A stretch of DNA of 25,543 nt from Desulfobulbaceae bacterium (GCA_021160685.1 JAGHCC010000169.1:1-25543), one strand, 5' to 3'. Shown: positions 1 through 9,816, counted from the first letter of the stretch. Numbers and translations are program-made. Notes: a model not told the origin generated them from the sequence alone.

Positions 1-1893
1 GTTCTGTTCCAGCCTGACCTGGACAACTCCCCGGACGGAATTAACCGCATAAATCCCATCGGCTTCAAGGAGATCATGCTCATGCAGCACCTTCTCCCTG
101 ACCCTTTCCCCGTTTTTTTCCAAAAGAAAGCGCCGCATGACACCCCCCAGCAGCCCGCATTCAATGGGCGGCGTGAAAAACATCTGCCCTTTCCTGATAA
201 AAATGTTGGTGATGCTGCCTTCGGTAACCTCCTCCCGTTCATTACAAAAAATTACCTCAAAACAGCCCCCATCAACCGCCTTTGTTCTTTCCGTATTGTA
301 GAGTTCCCGCATCGTTGTCTTATGAAACAGGGAGATCTGCCGAGAATCCGTCTTTTTCCCGGAAAAACGGATCAGGGAAAGATCAACGGTTGGGATATCA
401 TCTTGAAAAAAGGTGTTGCGCGGGGCGGAGCATGGAAAGGAACTGAGTTCCAGCCGGCCATCCTTGTGAAGAAGCAGGCGGACACGTTGAGGTGTTTTCC
501 ATGAAAATATTTCTTCCTGATTACGCAAGGCTTGACTGACCTGTTCCCGGCCGACCCGGAAAAAAAAGTAACGGGCTGAATTCAAAAGCCGGTCAAGATG
601 AAAATCAAGCAGCCAGAAACCCTGGCCCGTCTGCCAGAGAATGGTTTCAATGAGTTGAAAATCAGGCAAAGGGTTGGTCAGAAAATGACCTTTGAGTTTA
701 CATTCCCGCCATTCCTGCCCGGGATCAGAATCGGAAATGATACCGGAACCAATTCCCATTTCACCCTTGTTTTCTTCCAGAACCACGGTTCGGATGGGGA
801 CATTAAAACAACAATCACCATCCGGCCTGATATAGCCAATGGCGCCGGTATAAATTCCCCGGGGAACTGATTCAAGTTCATGGATAATTTCCATGGTATG
901 AATCTTAGGCGCGCCGGTCACCGAACCGCAGGGGAACAGGGCTCTGAACAGAGCGATGAGCGGGATGGAGGAGGGAATTTCACCGACAATGGTGGATGTC
1001 ATCTGATGCAGAGTCTCGTAGGTCTCGACATCAAAAAGCGACGACACGCTGACACGACCCATCCGGCCCAGATCGTTTCGCAGGAGATCAACGATCATGA
1101 CATTTTCACTTCTGTTTTTTATATCCAGCCCCAGGCAGCCGGCAATTGCCTCGTCCTCGGCCAGGGTCCGGCCCCGCCGGCTTGTCCCTTTCATGGGGCG
1201 TACCGTGCATCTGCTCCCCTCTTTCCTGAAAAAAAGTTCCGGCGAAAACGAGAGAACCCGCCGGCCGCCAAAGGTAAGATAAGCGGAGTATGAAACACTC
1301 TGATTTCGGCGCAGCCGCTGGTAAAGTTCATCAGGGGAACCTGCGAAGTCAAAGAGCAGTTTCAGAGTATAATTCACCTGATAGGTGTCGCCGGCAGCAA
1401 TATATTCCTTAATGCGATGAATTTTCTCCAGGTACTCCATTTTGTCCTGGCTGAAATGAAGATTGCTGATGACGCTGTCATTTTCCTGAATTTCCGCCTG
1501 AGTCGATGATGATGGCCATTGCCCGGAAATCGATTTCCCCAGCTGGTGATCAAAGACCGCCGGCGCCTCGAAAACAGCAAGGTGGGCCACAACAGTTTCC
1601 GGCTGCTGCCTGAACCGGGCAGACAGCACGGGTTCAAGGAGGTAGCCGAATTCATAGGCAAACCAGCCGGCAAGGTGGTATCCCTGATCCAGCTTTTCTT
1701 GGGCCTTTTGGAGAAATTGTTCGGGCTGTTGGCCGGCCGTGCAGGTGAGGTGCTCAACCGGATCAACGAACAGCAGGGAACACTGGTCTTCGTCCGTGAA
1801 CCGGGTCGTCTCGAAAAATGCAAATTCCCGCCCGGACAGGCCGGGGAGAAATTGCTGGAGGTCGTAAGAGGAAAATGGCGTCAATGTCTTCAT
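1..1893 (-). CDS. pabB: Aminodeoxychorismate synthase component I fused to class IV aminotransferase (ADC lyase-like); 3' end runs off the window
   Basis: Absent from the ORF track (no stop inside the window). Manual translation from ATG 1893 gives MKTLTPFSS...AGWFAYEFGYLLEP, YIAAGDTYQVNYT, SPELFF, RPMKGT, SENVMIVDLLRNDLGR, LFPCGSVTGAPK, GIGSGIISDSDPGQEWRECKLKG, then TPPIECGLLGGVMRR and AVNSVRGVVQV (class IV aminotransferase C-terminus). The frame is consistent at every segment checked. Confidence 0.93.
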   Translation of the reverse strand, partial: MKTLTPFSSYDLQQFLPGLSGREFAFFETTRFTDEDQCSLLFVDPVEHLTCTAGQQPEQFLQKAQEKLDQGYHLAGWFAYEFGYLLEPVLSARFRQQPETVVAHLAVFEAPAVFDHQLGKSISGQWPSSSTQAEIQENDSVISNLHFSQDKMEYLEKIHRIKEYIAAGDTYQVNYTLKLLFDFAGSPDELYQRLRRNQSVSYSAYLTFGGRRVLSFSPELFFRKEGSRCTVRPMKGTSRRGRTLAEDEAIAGCLGLDIKNRSENVMIVDLLRNDLGRMGRVSVSSLFDVETYETLHQMTSTIVGEIPSSIPLIALFRALFPCGSVTGAPKIHTMEIIHELESVPRGIYTGAIGYIRPDGDCCFNVPIRTVVLEENKGEMGIGSGIISDSDPGQEWRECKLKGHFLTNPLPDFQLIETILWQTGQGFWLLDFHLDRLLNSARYFFFRVGREQVSQALRNQEEIFSWKTPQRVRLLLHKDGRLELSSFPCSAPRNTFFQDDIPTVDLSLIRFSGKKTDSRQISLFHKTTMRELYNTERTKAVDGGCFEVIFCNEREEVTEGSITNIFIRKGQMFFTPPIECGLLGGVMRRFLLEKNGERVREKVLHEHDLLEADGIYAVNSVRGVVQVRLEQN

Positions 1894-2207
1894 AAATCGT
1901 GGGTATTTACCTGCCGAATCGCAGCCTCTATTTACTTCCGACCGATAAAAAAATCAATTAACCTCTCCAAGAAAATAAATTCCTTAAAATTCCCATCACG
2001 AATTCCTGGCAATCAATTAACACTGATCTGATCTTTTTTCCCTTTCCACAGAAGAAAAAGAGACAAAATCTTGCGGGATTGGCGGGAATATCTTATAAGG
2101 TTGGTGAAATATATTTTCTAACTTTTTCATTAAGAAAGCTGCCGGTCGGGATGTCGAAGTTTTCCAGCCCCGCCGGATGATCAATATACAGAAGGAGGAA
2201 GCACATA

Positions 2208-2891
2208 ATGCTGATTAGAGACTGGATGGCGAAAGACGTCCTGACTGTGGACGAAAACACCTCGCTGATGCGGGCCACCCGGATGATGAAGGAAAATACA
2301 ATCCGGCGGCTGCCTGTTGTCTCCCATGGTAAATTAAGCGGAATTATCACCGATCGTGATGTTAAGGATGCCTCGCCCTCAAAAACAACCTCGCTTGATG
2401 TCCATGAACTCTATTATCTTCTTTCCGAAATGAAGGTAAAAGATGTCATGACCCCAAGCCCCATGACCCTTCACGGTGATGATTCCCTGGAAAAAGCAGC
2501 GCTGATCATGCTGGAAAGCCGAATCTCCGGCATTCCGGTGGCTGATGACTCCGGGCATCTTACCGGTCTGCTCAGTGAAACAGATGTTTTACGTGGTTTT
2601 ATCCGCAGCACCGGCATTAAGAACGGGGCCATGCAGTATATCTTTGATCTGGAGGACAAGCCGGGTTCGGTCACTGAGGTGATTAAGACGATGCGTGATT
2701 TCAAGGCGCGAATCCTCAGTGTAATGACCTCTTTCGAGGATGTTGAAGAGGGGATGAAGCGGGTATCAATCCGGGTTGATGGCGGAGATGATGATCGTAT
2801 CGATGATTTGACCAAACAGTTGCAAGACAACGTTCAGGTGCTCTTTTATGCCCGTGACGATCTGACAAATCTCCCTGCAAAAAACAAATAA
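2208..2891 (+). CDS. CBS-pair plus ACT-like domain protein (AcuB-like)
   Basis: Two CBS repeats (IRRLPVV..GKLSGIITDRD; ISGIPVADDSGHLTGLLSETD) followed by an ACT-like segment (LEDKPGSVTEVIKTM). Strong RBS AAGGAGG upstream of the ATG. Confidence 0.88.
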   Translation: MLIRDWMAKDVLTVDENTSLMRATRMMKENTIRRLPVVSHGKLSGIITDRDVKDASPSKTTSLDVHELYYLLSEMKVKDVMTPSPMTLHGDDSLEKAALIMLESRISGIPVADDSGHLTGLLSETDVLRGFIRSTGIKNGAMQYIFDLEDKPGSVTEVIKTMRDFKARILSVMTSFEDVEEGMKRVSIRVDGGDDDRIDDLTKQLQDNVQVLFYARDDLTNLPAKNK

Positions 2892-2922
2892 AGTAACAAA
2901 TTACAATTTTTTGGCGGCAATT

Positions 2923-2953
2923 GCGGAGAAAATTTTTAAAAAATTTTCTCCGC
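2923..2953 (+). terminator. Intrinsic terminator hairpin between convergent genes
   Basis: Perfect 15-bp inverted repeat GCGGAGAAAATTTTT-a-AAAAATTTTCTCCGC followed by TGTTTTTC on the + strand. Confidence 0.7.
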
Positions 2954-2974
2954 TGTTTTTCTTCTCCTCTCCCT

Positions 2975-5434
2975 TCAACCCTTCATAATTACTTCAAGCT
3001 CATCTCCGTCGACGATCTCCTTTTTAATCAGGACAGCCGCCAATTTTTCTATCTTCTCCCAGTGTCGCTCCACCAGCTTTTCCGCCTTGACCGTGGCATC
3101 ACCAATCCACCGGGACAAGGCCTTTTCAATTTCTTGCCGAAAAAACTGCTTACTGACATTCTGGGCCAGAGTGTCAAAATGAATAGGGCCAAGTTCCTCA
3201 TCCATTCCCATATTGGCGATAGCCACATAGGCATGACGAGTTGCCTCTTCCAGGTCGTTTGCCGCCCCCGAGTCAATCCCTTTATCTCCGAATTCCCTCA
3301 CTTCCGCCATTCGGCCGGCCAGCAGGACACAAATATTATTAAAAACCTCTTTCCTGGAAACATTGCCGGCAAAATCTTCAGTTGAATATGAGATAAAACC
3401 CAAACTTTGCAGTCTCGGCGTTATGGTCACCTGTTCGATCTTGATATCCGGCAGCAGCAGGGAAGAAAGCACCGCATGACCGGCCTCATGATAAGCGGTC
3501 ATCCTGAGATCTTCTTCCAGATTTCTGATCCGTGTTTTTTCAAGTCTGGTGCCATACTTGATGATATTGATCTGTTCAATCAAAATCTCTTCGCTGATAA
3601 AGTCAAGACCGTTACGGATGGCCGCAAGCGATGCTTCCTTGCCGATCCGCTGCAGATCATAGCCATTCATTCCAGAGATATAACGAGCCACCCTTTCAGC
3701 GTCTATTTTACCGTCATTTGGTTTTTCCAGTATTTTTTCGATGAAAAATTTCCTGGCCTCCTTATCTAATTCCGGCACCTCGACAAAAAGATCAATTCTG
3801 TCCGGCGCTATCAACAGGGGACTCACCTCATCACGATTCTGAGCCGTGGCAAAGGTAAAGACAAATTCATCCGGATCAGTGGGCAGGCTGTCGAGCTCCA
3901 AAACCAATGGGTCCACCGGCATATAGGCATAGACCCCATCGACAAGCCCCTTCACATCAACCCCATCCAGGAAAACAATGCTTGGCGCGAACTCACGGGC
4001 TTTCTGATACACCAGCCAGATATAATTGGGATCAAAAAGATCACTGCGGGAAACATAGATGTAGGGCCGGCCGGCTTCCCTGGCAAACGCCTTACCAAAC
4101 ATTGTTTTCACTACACCTGCCGGGCCATGCAGCAGCATCCCCCTGGGGAGGTCAATGGCAAATTCCCTGACCAGTTCCGGGTTCTGGAGAATACCGATAA
4201 TCTCTTTAAATGTTTTTTTAATGGGCTCATTACCGGCAATATCATCAAAACACACAGATGAAAATTCCACAGCCGGCAGATCTTCCTGAAAGACCCCCTT
4301 GACCGGGGGCAATTTTTTCAGTTCTGCCTGTTCAAGGGTGATCAGCACCGTGTTCGCCTTTTCCTCCTCCTTCCAGCTTAACTCCACGGTCTCATTTCTC
4401 TTGAATAATTTCCGGACCAGCAGATCACCTTCCTGCAAAATTTCGTTCAAAAAAACCTTAACCTGCTGAGATGGTCTGAAAATAATTCTTGCCGGCAGCT
4501 TGTCAGTGTCCCGGATACATTGGGTCATTTTTGCCAAAATAATGTCCGGCAACTTCCGCCGAACCCTTTTTACATTGATAACAGGGGCAAAAGAGAGGGT
4601 CAACAGGGTCATGAGCTCTTTACGATCCTGCCATTCAAGCGTAATCCGGCTCTTGTCCAGCAGGCTTTTCGCCAGTAAATCCAGGGTGGCGGAACCGATA
4701 CGGACCATTGACGCCAGACTGAGTTTATTGAAAAGAACAAGATCATTGCGGGACATGACGGCAAGGAGCTTTGGCACAATGGCATCCTGAATCAATTCGT
4801 AAACAACTTTTTTCTCCTTTGAAACGGCCGCCATCATCAGCGATTGGGCTCTGACCTTATTTTTTTTGAAAGAATCAAGAAACTCTTTGTTCTGATACAG
4901 AACACTGCCAAGCGTGGAGGTAAAAACAAAGACAACCTCGCTGCAATCAAGGCCACTCTCATGATCGCTTGCTGTTATCAGATCGAGAAGGGCGAGCTGC
5001 AGCTGATTATCCGCTTTCTCGATAGAGTCAAAGACGATGACCGATTTAGGCTCTTTTTTTAGAAATCTGACCAGTTTTCCTTCCTGGACTTCATCATGGA
5101 CAAACTTGTGGCCAAGAAGTGTTCCCGCCTCCTCCGGCTCCGCATACTGCTCCATATCAAAAATCTTGAACCCTTTAATCTCATCAACATGTTCACTTAG
5201 CAATCGAGCCAGATAATTTTTGCCAACTGTTTCCGGCCCCAGAAAGGTAAAAATTGCCTTAGGCGGGGCTTCAATAGGCTTAAAGGCCATATGAATAAAG
5301 GCATCGATGACTTCATCAATGGCTTCATCCTGGTCAAAAATAATCGTTTTGAGCCGAGACCGAAGTTTTTCGAATTTTTCAAAAATATTTAGATTTGCAG
5401 TAGTCTGTTTCAATTCTTTTCCCGGTTTCCTCAC
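2975..5434 (-). CDS. Soluble AAA family protein: ClpA/B D2-like (AAA_2) module + FtsH-like AAA module + peptidase M41
   Basis: The N-terminus follows the ClpB D2 pattern (IIFDQDEAIDEV, FLGPETVGKN, DMEQY, VIVFDSIEKA, VFVFTSTLG). The C-terminal half follows FtsH (FDDIAG, PRGMLLHGPAGVVKT, TAYHEAGHA, GAANDLEEAT, MGMDEELG). No transmembrane segment is visible. Confidence 0.9.
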   Translation of the reverse strand: MRKPGKELKQTTANLNIFEKFEKLRSRLKTIIFDQDEAIDEVIDAFIHMAFKPIEAPPKAIFTFLGPETVGKNYLARLLSEHVDEIKGFKIFDMEQYAEPEEAGTLLGHKFVHDEVQEGKLVRFLKKEPKSVIVFDSIEKADNQLQLALLDLITASDHESGLDCSEVVFVFTSTLGSVLYQNKEFLDSFKKNKVRAQSLMMAAVSKEKKVVYELIQDAIVPKLLAVMSRNDLVLFNKLSLASMVRIGSATLDLLAKSLLDKSRITLEWQDRKELMTLLTLSFAPVINVKRVRRKLPDIILAKMTQCIRDTDKLPARIIFRPSQQVKVFLNEILQEGDLLVRKLFKRNETVELSWKEEEKANTVLITLEQAELKKLPPVKGVFQEDLPAVEFSSVCFDDIAGNEPIKKTFKEIIGILQNPELVREFAIDLPRGMLLHGPAGVVKTMFGKAFAREAGRPYIYVSRSDLFDPNYIWLVYQKAREFAPSIVFLDGVDVKGLVDGVYAYMPVDPLVLELDSLPTDPDEFVFTFATAQNRDEVSPLLIAPDRIDLFVEVPELDKEARKFFIEKILEKPNDGKIDAERVARYISGMNGYDLQRIGKEASLAAIRNGLDFISEEILIEQINIIKYGTRLEKTRIRNLEEDLRMTAYHEAGHAVLSSLLLPDIKIEQVTITPRLQSLGFISYSTEDFAGNVSRKEVFNNICVLLAGRMAEVREFGDKGIDSGAANDLEEATRHAYVAIANMGMDEELGPIHFDTLAQNVSKQFFRQEIEKALSRWIGDATVKAEKLVERHWEKIEKLAAVLIKKEIVDGDELEVIMKG

Positions 5435-5436
5435 TA

Positions 5437-6867
5437 TTAGTACTTTACCCGCACCGTATATGTCAGGGTTGCCTTGCCCTGGGCCGGAACCGGCACATAC
5501 CAGACAGCCCTATGACTTGCCGGTTTTTTATGTTTGTGAGATTCCTGACGCATTTCCCAGTCACCAGGAATCGGCTCGACAACTTTAACGGTTATGGCCT
5601 CTTTCTTGGCATTTTTCAAATCAATCTGAAAACTGCTGTCATAGACATAATGATAGCGGGAAAACCCGCTGATCTTCTTAAAATCCGTCTGTTTTTTATC
5701 GGCGGTCACATCAAAGGCATCGCCGAGCTTGAGGCGAATCGTTTCATTTTCCGGGGTATGATCAATGCGGTCTTCACCGATAAACTGCAGAGAAGCCTTG
5801 GAATCCTTTTTGTAAACCCGGATGACACCCTTGGGCATGGGCAGGCCGAGATTATTCTCCCTGCTGTTTTTCACTTCCACAGAAACACCGATTTTGATCT
5901 TCTTTTCTATTTCATCATACCGGCTCTGGTAATAGTAGTCGCTTCCACGGAGAACAAATTCCTTTTTGCAGGGAATCCGGCTTGCCTGGAGAAGGGCAAC
6001 CTGTTTTGTCTGGTTATCCTTGATTGTTGTTGGCCGGGACAGGGAATAAAGATGATATTCAAACATTGATTCTTCGGCCATTGAAGCATTCATATCCGCC
6101 ATCATTACTGCAGCTTTTTGCTGATAACGGGCCAGTTGCCGCTGTTCCGGCGGCGCCTGATGCACGTCACCGGCCACGAGTTGCAGCCTGGCATAAGGGT
6201 AAGTCGTTCCGCTGCGGTTAGTCAGGGTCACCCAGCCGTTGATATCGAGCTCGTCATCCGTGGCATTGAGCTCCGCCACATAATCAGCCTGCCAGCTCAA
6301 GCCACCGGTCAGATAACTCAATTCCACATCCTGGAGTCCGTCTGTGGAACTGTTGACATGCAAAACCAGGGTGGGGCGGTCCCGCAGATTACCGGGAACA
6401 TTGGGAAAAACCAAACGACCGGGAATTCCCATCTCAATATGGTCGGCCATGCGGAGGACAACACCATCATTGACACTTAACACCTGGGCCGACTCCCTGC
6501 TTTCCTCACCGGTAGTCGGATGATTCCTGACCACGGTGACCTCCTTTCCAACATATTTTTTCAACAGGGCCTGGGGAGTGAGGAGATCAAATTCAAAATT
6601 CTGCTCAATCACATTGAGATCACGGGATTTTAACAGGGCGGTCTCAGGCCTTATCCGGGCGCTGACCTCCCTGAAGGCCAGACTGCTTTCACCGGCTGGC
6701 AGCAGGATGGCCCGCAGATCTTTGACAAGAGCAAGATTCTGGTTGTAAATCGTCACAGAAATGCTTTTCTGGTCATCAAGCGAGGTAACCTTCTCCTCGA
6801 GAGCCGCTCCCGCAGGTGACACTAAAAGCGATACAACAAAACATAAACCAGTGATTGTTCGTAACAT
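5437..6867 (-). CDS. DUF4139-type secreted protein
   Basis: Signal-peptide-like N-terminus from ATG 6867, which has an RBS GAGGAGG upstream (the ORF track starts at 6885). Family-like motifs: SVTIYNQNLALVKD, LSYLTGGLSWQADY, GWVTLTNRSG, EYHLYSL, FIGEDRIDHTPENE. Confidence 0.8.
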   Translation of the reverse strand: MLRTITGLCFVVSLLVSPAGAALEEKVTSLDDQKSISVTIYNQNLALVKDLRAILLPAGESSLAFREVSARIRPETALLKSRDLNVIEQNFEFDLLTPQALLKKYVGKEVTVVRNHPTTGEESRESAQVLSVNDGVVLRMADHIEMGIPGRLVFPNVPGNLRDRPTLVLHVNSSTDGLQDVELSYLTGGLSWQADYVAELNATDDELDINGWVTLTNRSGTTYPYARLQLVAGDVHQAPPEQRQLARYQQKAAVMMADMNASMAEESMFEYHLYSLSRPTTIKDNQTKQVALLQASRIPCKKEFVLRGSDYYYQSRYDEIEKKIKIGVSVEVKNSRENNLGLPMPKGVIRVYKKDSKASLQFIGEDRIDHTPENETIRLKLGDAFDVTADKKQTDFKKISGFSRYHYVYDSSFQIDLKNAKKEAITVKVVEPIPGDWEMRQESHKHKKPASHRAVWYVPVPAQGKATLTYTVRVKY

Positions 6868-6887
6868 TTTACGACTCCTCCTCAAAA

Positions 6888-6900
6888 TATCAATAACTTG
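6888..6900. promoter_or_regulatory. Candidate IHF binding site
   Basis: TATCAATAACTTG is an exact match to WATCAANNNNTTR, about 20 bp upstream of the DUF4139 start. Confidence 0.4.
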
Positions 6901-7139
6901 AACCTGCGTGAATTAACCCACTAAAGCGGAAAAAAACATCAGATTTTTCAGGACTCTTTTCAGTACTCGCTTGGCGGGTGTAAGCGCCTTGTCTTAGAGG
7001 CTCATCCTTGTTTCAAAAGGAACTTCCAGTTTCTTGTTTTTTTTATGACAAGCTTTCAGGAGTAAGGCACTAAAGCCTGTCAGGCGTTTCCAGTCAACCA
7101 TTAAGCCTGTCGGCCATTCGAGAACCTGACCTGAATCCG

Positions 7140-9158
7140 TCAGTCAGCCAATCCGAGGGGCAACTGATCCTTTCTGAACGGCTGCCATGTAGATTTATCC
7201 CTGTTATCCGGATCGAATTTGCCGGTTGTATGATCAATGGGCAGAAAGGTGATTCCTTTGGGAACCTGAAAATCTCCGCCCGGATACATTTTTTCCGCTT
7301 TACGCATAAAATCAAGCCAAATCGGCGCACAGGCCCGGCCACCGGTTTCCTTTCTTCCCAGAGTCTTTTTTTTGTCGAACCCCATCCAGACGCCGGCTGC
7401 CAGTGACGGAGTATAGCCGACGAACCAGGCATCCCTGTTCTGATCTGTTGTGCCTGTCTTACCCGCTGAAGCTGACTGCAACCCCCAAGCCTTCTTTCCT
7501 GTTCCTTCGGCAATAACACTCTGAAGCAGATCCGTAATCTGGAACGCTGTGCGCGGGTCAAGGGCCGGAGTGGCAGACTGGTGATGCTCCAGCAAAATCT
7601 TTCCATCACAATCTTCAATCTTTGTAAAAAAAACCGGTTTGCTCCACTGTCCGCCATTGGCAAAAACCGTGTAGGCCGAGGTGATCTCCAACAGAGACAT
7701 CTCGGAAGATCCCAGGGCCAGGGAAAGATCCGGCCGCAATTCAGAGTGAATTCCCATCATTTCAGCCAGGTCAATCACCCCGTCAATGCCGATTTCCTGC
7801 AGCAACTTGATGGCGACGATATTACGCGACTGAACAAGACCACTCCAGAGGGTTGTCGGACCCTCAAATTTGTTATCAAAATTTTTCGGTTGCCATAAAC
7901 TTGAACCGGATCTTTTCAAGCTGAGAGGCGTATCATCTAAAAGAGAGGCGCCATTATACCCCCTGGTAAAAGCGGCGGCGTAGACAAGAGGTTTAAAAGC
8001 CGAGCCAGGCTGCCGTCTGGCCTGGGTTGCCCGGTTAAACTGGCTGCGGGAAAAATTAGTTCCCCCGGTCAAGGCACGAACCAGACCCGTTTTGACCTCC
8101 AAGACGACAAGGGCGGCCTGGGGCAATTTTTTTGAAGATGAAGACTGGCGAATTGCCCAATGGGCCACGCCTTTCTGGACAGCCAGATCAGCCTCGCGCT
8201 GCAGACGTTGATCCAGGCTAGTGTGGATGGTCAAACCGCCCTCAAACAACGCATCACGACCAAACTTTTTTCTTACCTCGTTACGGACCTGCTGAATAAA
8301 ATATTTTGCATCCAGAGGCGCGGTATCACTCCCGCCCCATACCAGGGTCTGCTTGAAAGCCCTGCGTGCAGCAGTGGGCGTGATAAAGCCTTCCTCCGCC
8401 ATCCTGTTCAGCACATAGGCCTGTCTTTTTTTAGCCCGCTTGTAATGCTTAAAAGGAGAATAACGGCTCGGAGCCTGGGGCAGGCCGGCAAGGATGGATA
8501 ACTCGGCGAGATTCAGATCCCGTGCCTTCTTGTCAAAATAAACATGGGCAGCCGCTTCCACGCCGTAGGCGCCCGCGCCAAGGTAAATCTGGTTCAGGTA
8601 AATCACGATGATTTCTTCCTTGGCCAGCATCTTATCTATACGATAGGCCAGGATGGCCTCCTTGACTTTCCTTGTATAGGTCTTTTCCGGTGTCAGCAGC
8701 AGGGAGCGGGCAACCTGCTGGGTGATGGTGCTGCCTCCCTGCTTCTTTCCCCCTTCCCTGACATTATGAATAATAGCTCGCAGGATTGACCAGCTGTCCA
8801 CCCCGGGATGCTGGTAAAACCGGTCATCCTCTGCCGCGATAAAAGCCTTTGGCAGAAGATCCGGCATTTCACTCAATGATATGACCCGCCTGTTCCGGGT
8901 AAAAATTCGATCTATTTCTTTTCCCTGGTTGTCAAGGATCAAAGTTGCCTGGGGCGGCCGATAACTCTCCAGGGAACTGATGTCAGGGATATTGAGAGCG
9001 ACAAAAACATAGAGAAGTGTACCGATAAACAAGGTCAACAGACCACAGATAAAAAACAGGTAGAATGAGAGATGGACATGGGTCCATTGCCAGATCCTGG
9101 TTTTTATTTGTTTCTTTTTTGGGGGAGTCGAGCGTTTTTTCGCTGGGCGTGATGTCAC
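7140..9158 (-). CDS. Class A penicillin-binding protein (PBP1A family; transglycosylase + transpeptidase)
   Basis: GT51 motifs EDDRFYQHPG, GGSTITQQ, RKVKE, YLN; transpeptidase motifs SAFK, SRN, KTG; one N-terminal TM helix. The track start (TTG 9218) lies inside the upstream terminator, so GTG 9158 is preferred. The start is uncertain. Confidence 0.92.
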   Translation of the reverse strand: MTSRPAKKRSTPPKKKQIKTRIWQWTHVHLSFYLFFICGLLTLFIGTLLYVFVALNIPDISSLESYRPPQATLILDNQGKEIDRIFTRNRRVISLSEMPDLLPKAFIAAEDDRFYQHPGVDSWSILRAIIHNVREGGKKQGGSTITQQVARSLLLTPEKTYTRKVKEAILAYRIDKMLAKEEIIVIYLNQIYLGAGAYGVEAAAHVYFDKKARDLNLAELSILAGLPQAPSRYSPFKHYKRAKKRQAYVLNRMAEEGFITPTAARRAFKQTLVWGGSDTAPLDAKYFIQQVRNEVRKKFGRDALFEGGLTIHTSLDQRLQREADLAVQKGVAHWAIRQSSSSKKLPQAALVVLEVKTGLVRALTGGTNFSRSQFNRATQARRQPGSAFKPLVYAAAFTRGYNGASLLDDTPLSLKRSGSSLWQPKNFDNKFEGPTTLWSGLVQSRNIVAIKLLQEIGIDGVIDLAEMMGIHSELRPDLSLALGSSEMSLLEITSAYTVFANGGQWSKPVFFTKIEDCDGKILLEHHQSATPALDPRTAFQITDLLQSVIAEGTGKKAWGLQSASAGKTGTTDQNRDAWFVGYTPSLAAGVWMGFDKKKTLGRKETGGRACAPIWLDFMRKAEKMYPGGDFQVPKGITFLPIDHTTGKFDPDNRDKSTWQPFRKDQLPLGLAD

Positions 9159-9187
9159 TTTGTTTCCGGCGATACTGAAATGTCCAT

Positions 9188-9224
9188 AAAAAAAGGCTGC
9201 TGCCCCGCAGGACAACAACCTTTT
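9188..9224 (-). terminator. Intrinsic terminator of the cytochrome c3 gene
   Basis: Minus strand AAGGTTGTTGTCC-loop-GGGCAGCAGCCTT pairs fully only with G-U wobbles on this strand and is followed by a U tract. Confidence 0.75.
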
Positions 9225-9256
9225 ACAACATCAAAAAATTGATCGGCAGTGATCAA

Positions 9257-9649
9257 CTATTCTGCTTTTTTAGGATGACACTCTTTACATTTGGTCGGGC
9301 CCTTGCCTGCAGCTTTATGGCAGCCTTTACAGTTGGTATGGGCAGCGCCCTTGAAGCCTTTTATCTTTTTCTGTGATTCAGCGGTCATAGCATCATGACA
9401 GGAGGCACATTTTTCGATTTTCTGACCGTCTATATAGGCAACCTGCTTGCCATCCGCGTCCTGGCCATGATGGCACTCGCCACAAGTGGATCCTTCAAGT
9501 TTCTGATGCGCGGCATGGTTAAAGGTACACGGTTTTTTGCCGTCGGCTCCCAATGTCATCTCGGCCGGGCCGTTGTCAGCCATGGCGGCAACGCTGAAAC
9601 TCATCAGAAAAGCTAACGCTGCTGTACAGATAATAGATTTTTTGATCAT
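9257..9649 (-). CDS. Tetraheme cytochrome c3 (class III)
   Basis: Sec signal peptide (…VAAMA); four CxxCH motifs (CGECH, CASCH, CKGCH, CKECH); four extra His for distal ligation (FNHAAH, CHH, AAH); RBS AAAGGGGG. Confidence 0.93.
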   Translation of the reverse strand: MIKKSIICTAALAFLMSFSVAAMADNGPAEMTLGADGKKPCTFNHAAHQKLEGSTCGECHHGQDADGKQVAYIDGQKIEKCASCHDAMTAESQKKIKGFKGAAHTNCKGCHKAAGKGPTKCKECHPKKAE

Positions 9650-9816
9650 TTTTTCCCCCTTTGAAGAAATATTAAGTTAAGAATGAAGCTCCGTTCATTT
9701 TTTCAAAACAATCAGTACGCTTTCCAGAAAATTTTGTCAAGCAGGAATAAAACAAATTTTTATTTTTTTTACCTTTTGTCTCTTTCCAGGGACAGTTTCA
9801 TGAAAAGCAGTTATCA

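Noticed and set aside
76-2031. Plus-strand ORFs of 60-170 aa opposite pabB
   Set aside because: Antisense shadows of a motif-rich minus-strand gene, with no recognisable domains.
2101-2123. TTGGTGAAATATATTTTCTAAC as a Rex-like operator upstream of the CBS gene
   Set aside because: Only the left half resembles TTGTGAA-N4-TTCACAA.
6900-7139. Possible ncRNA or riboswitch between the PBP and DUF4139 genes; two AAGCCTGTC direct repeats
   Set aside because: No 6S, GEMM, TPP, SAM or cobalamin signature was recognisable; the repeats are short. An Rfam cmscan would settle it.
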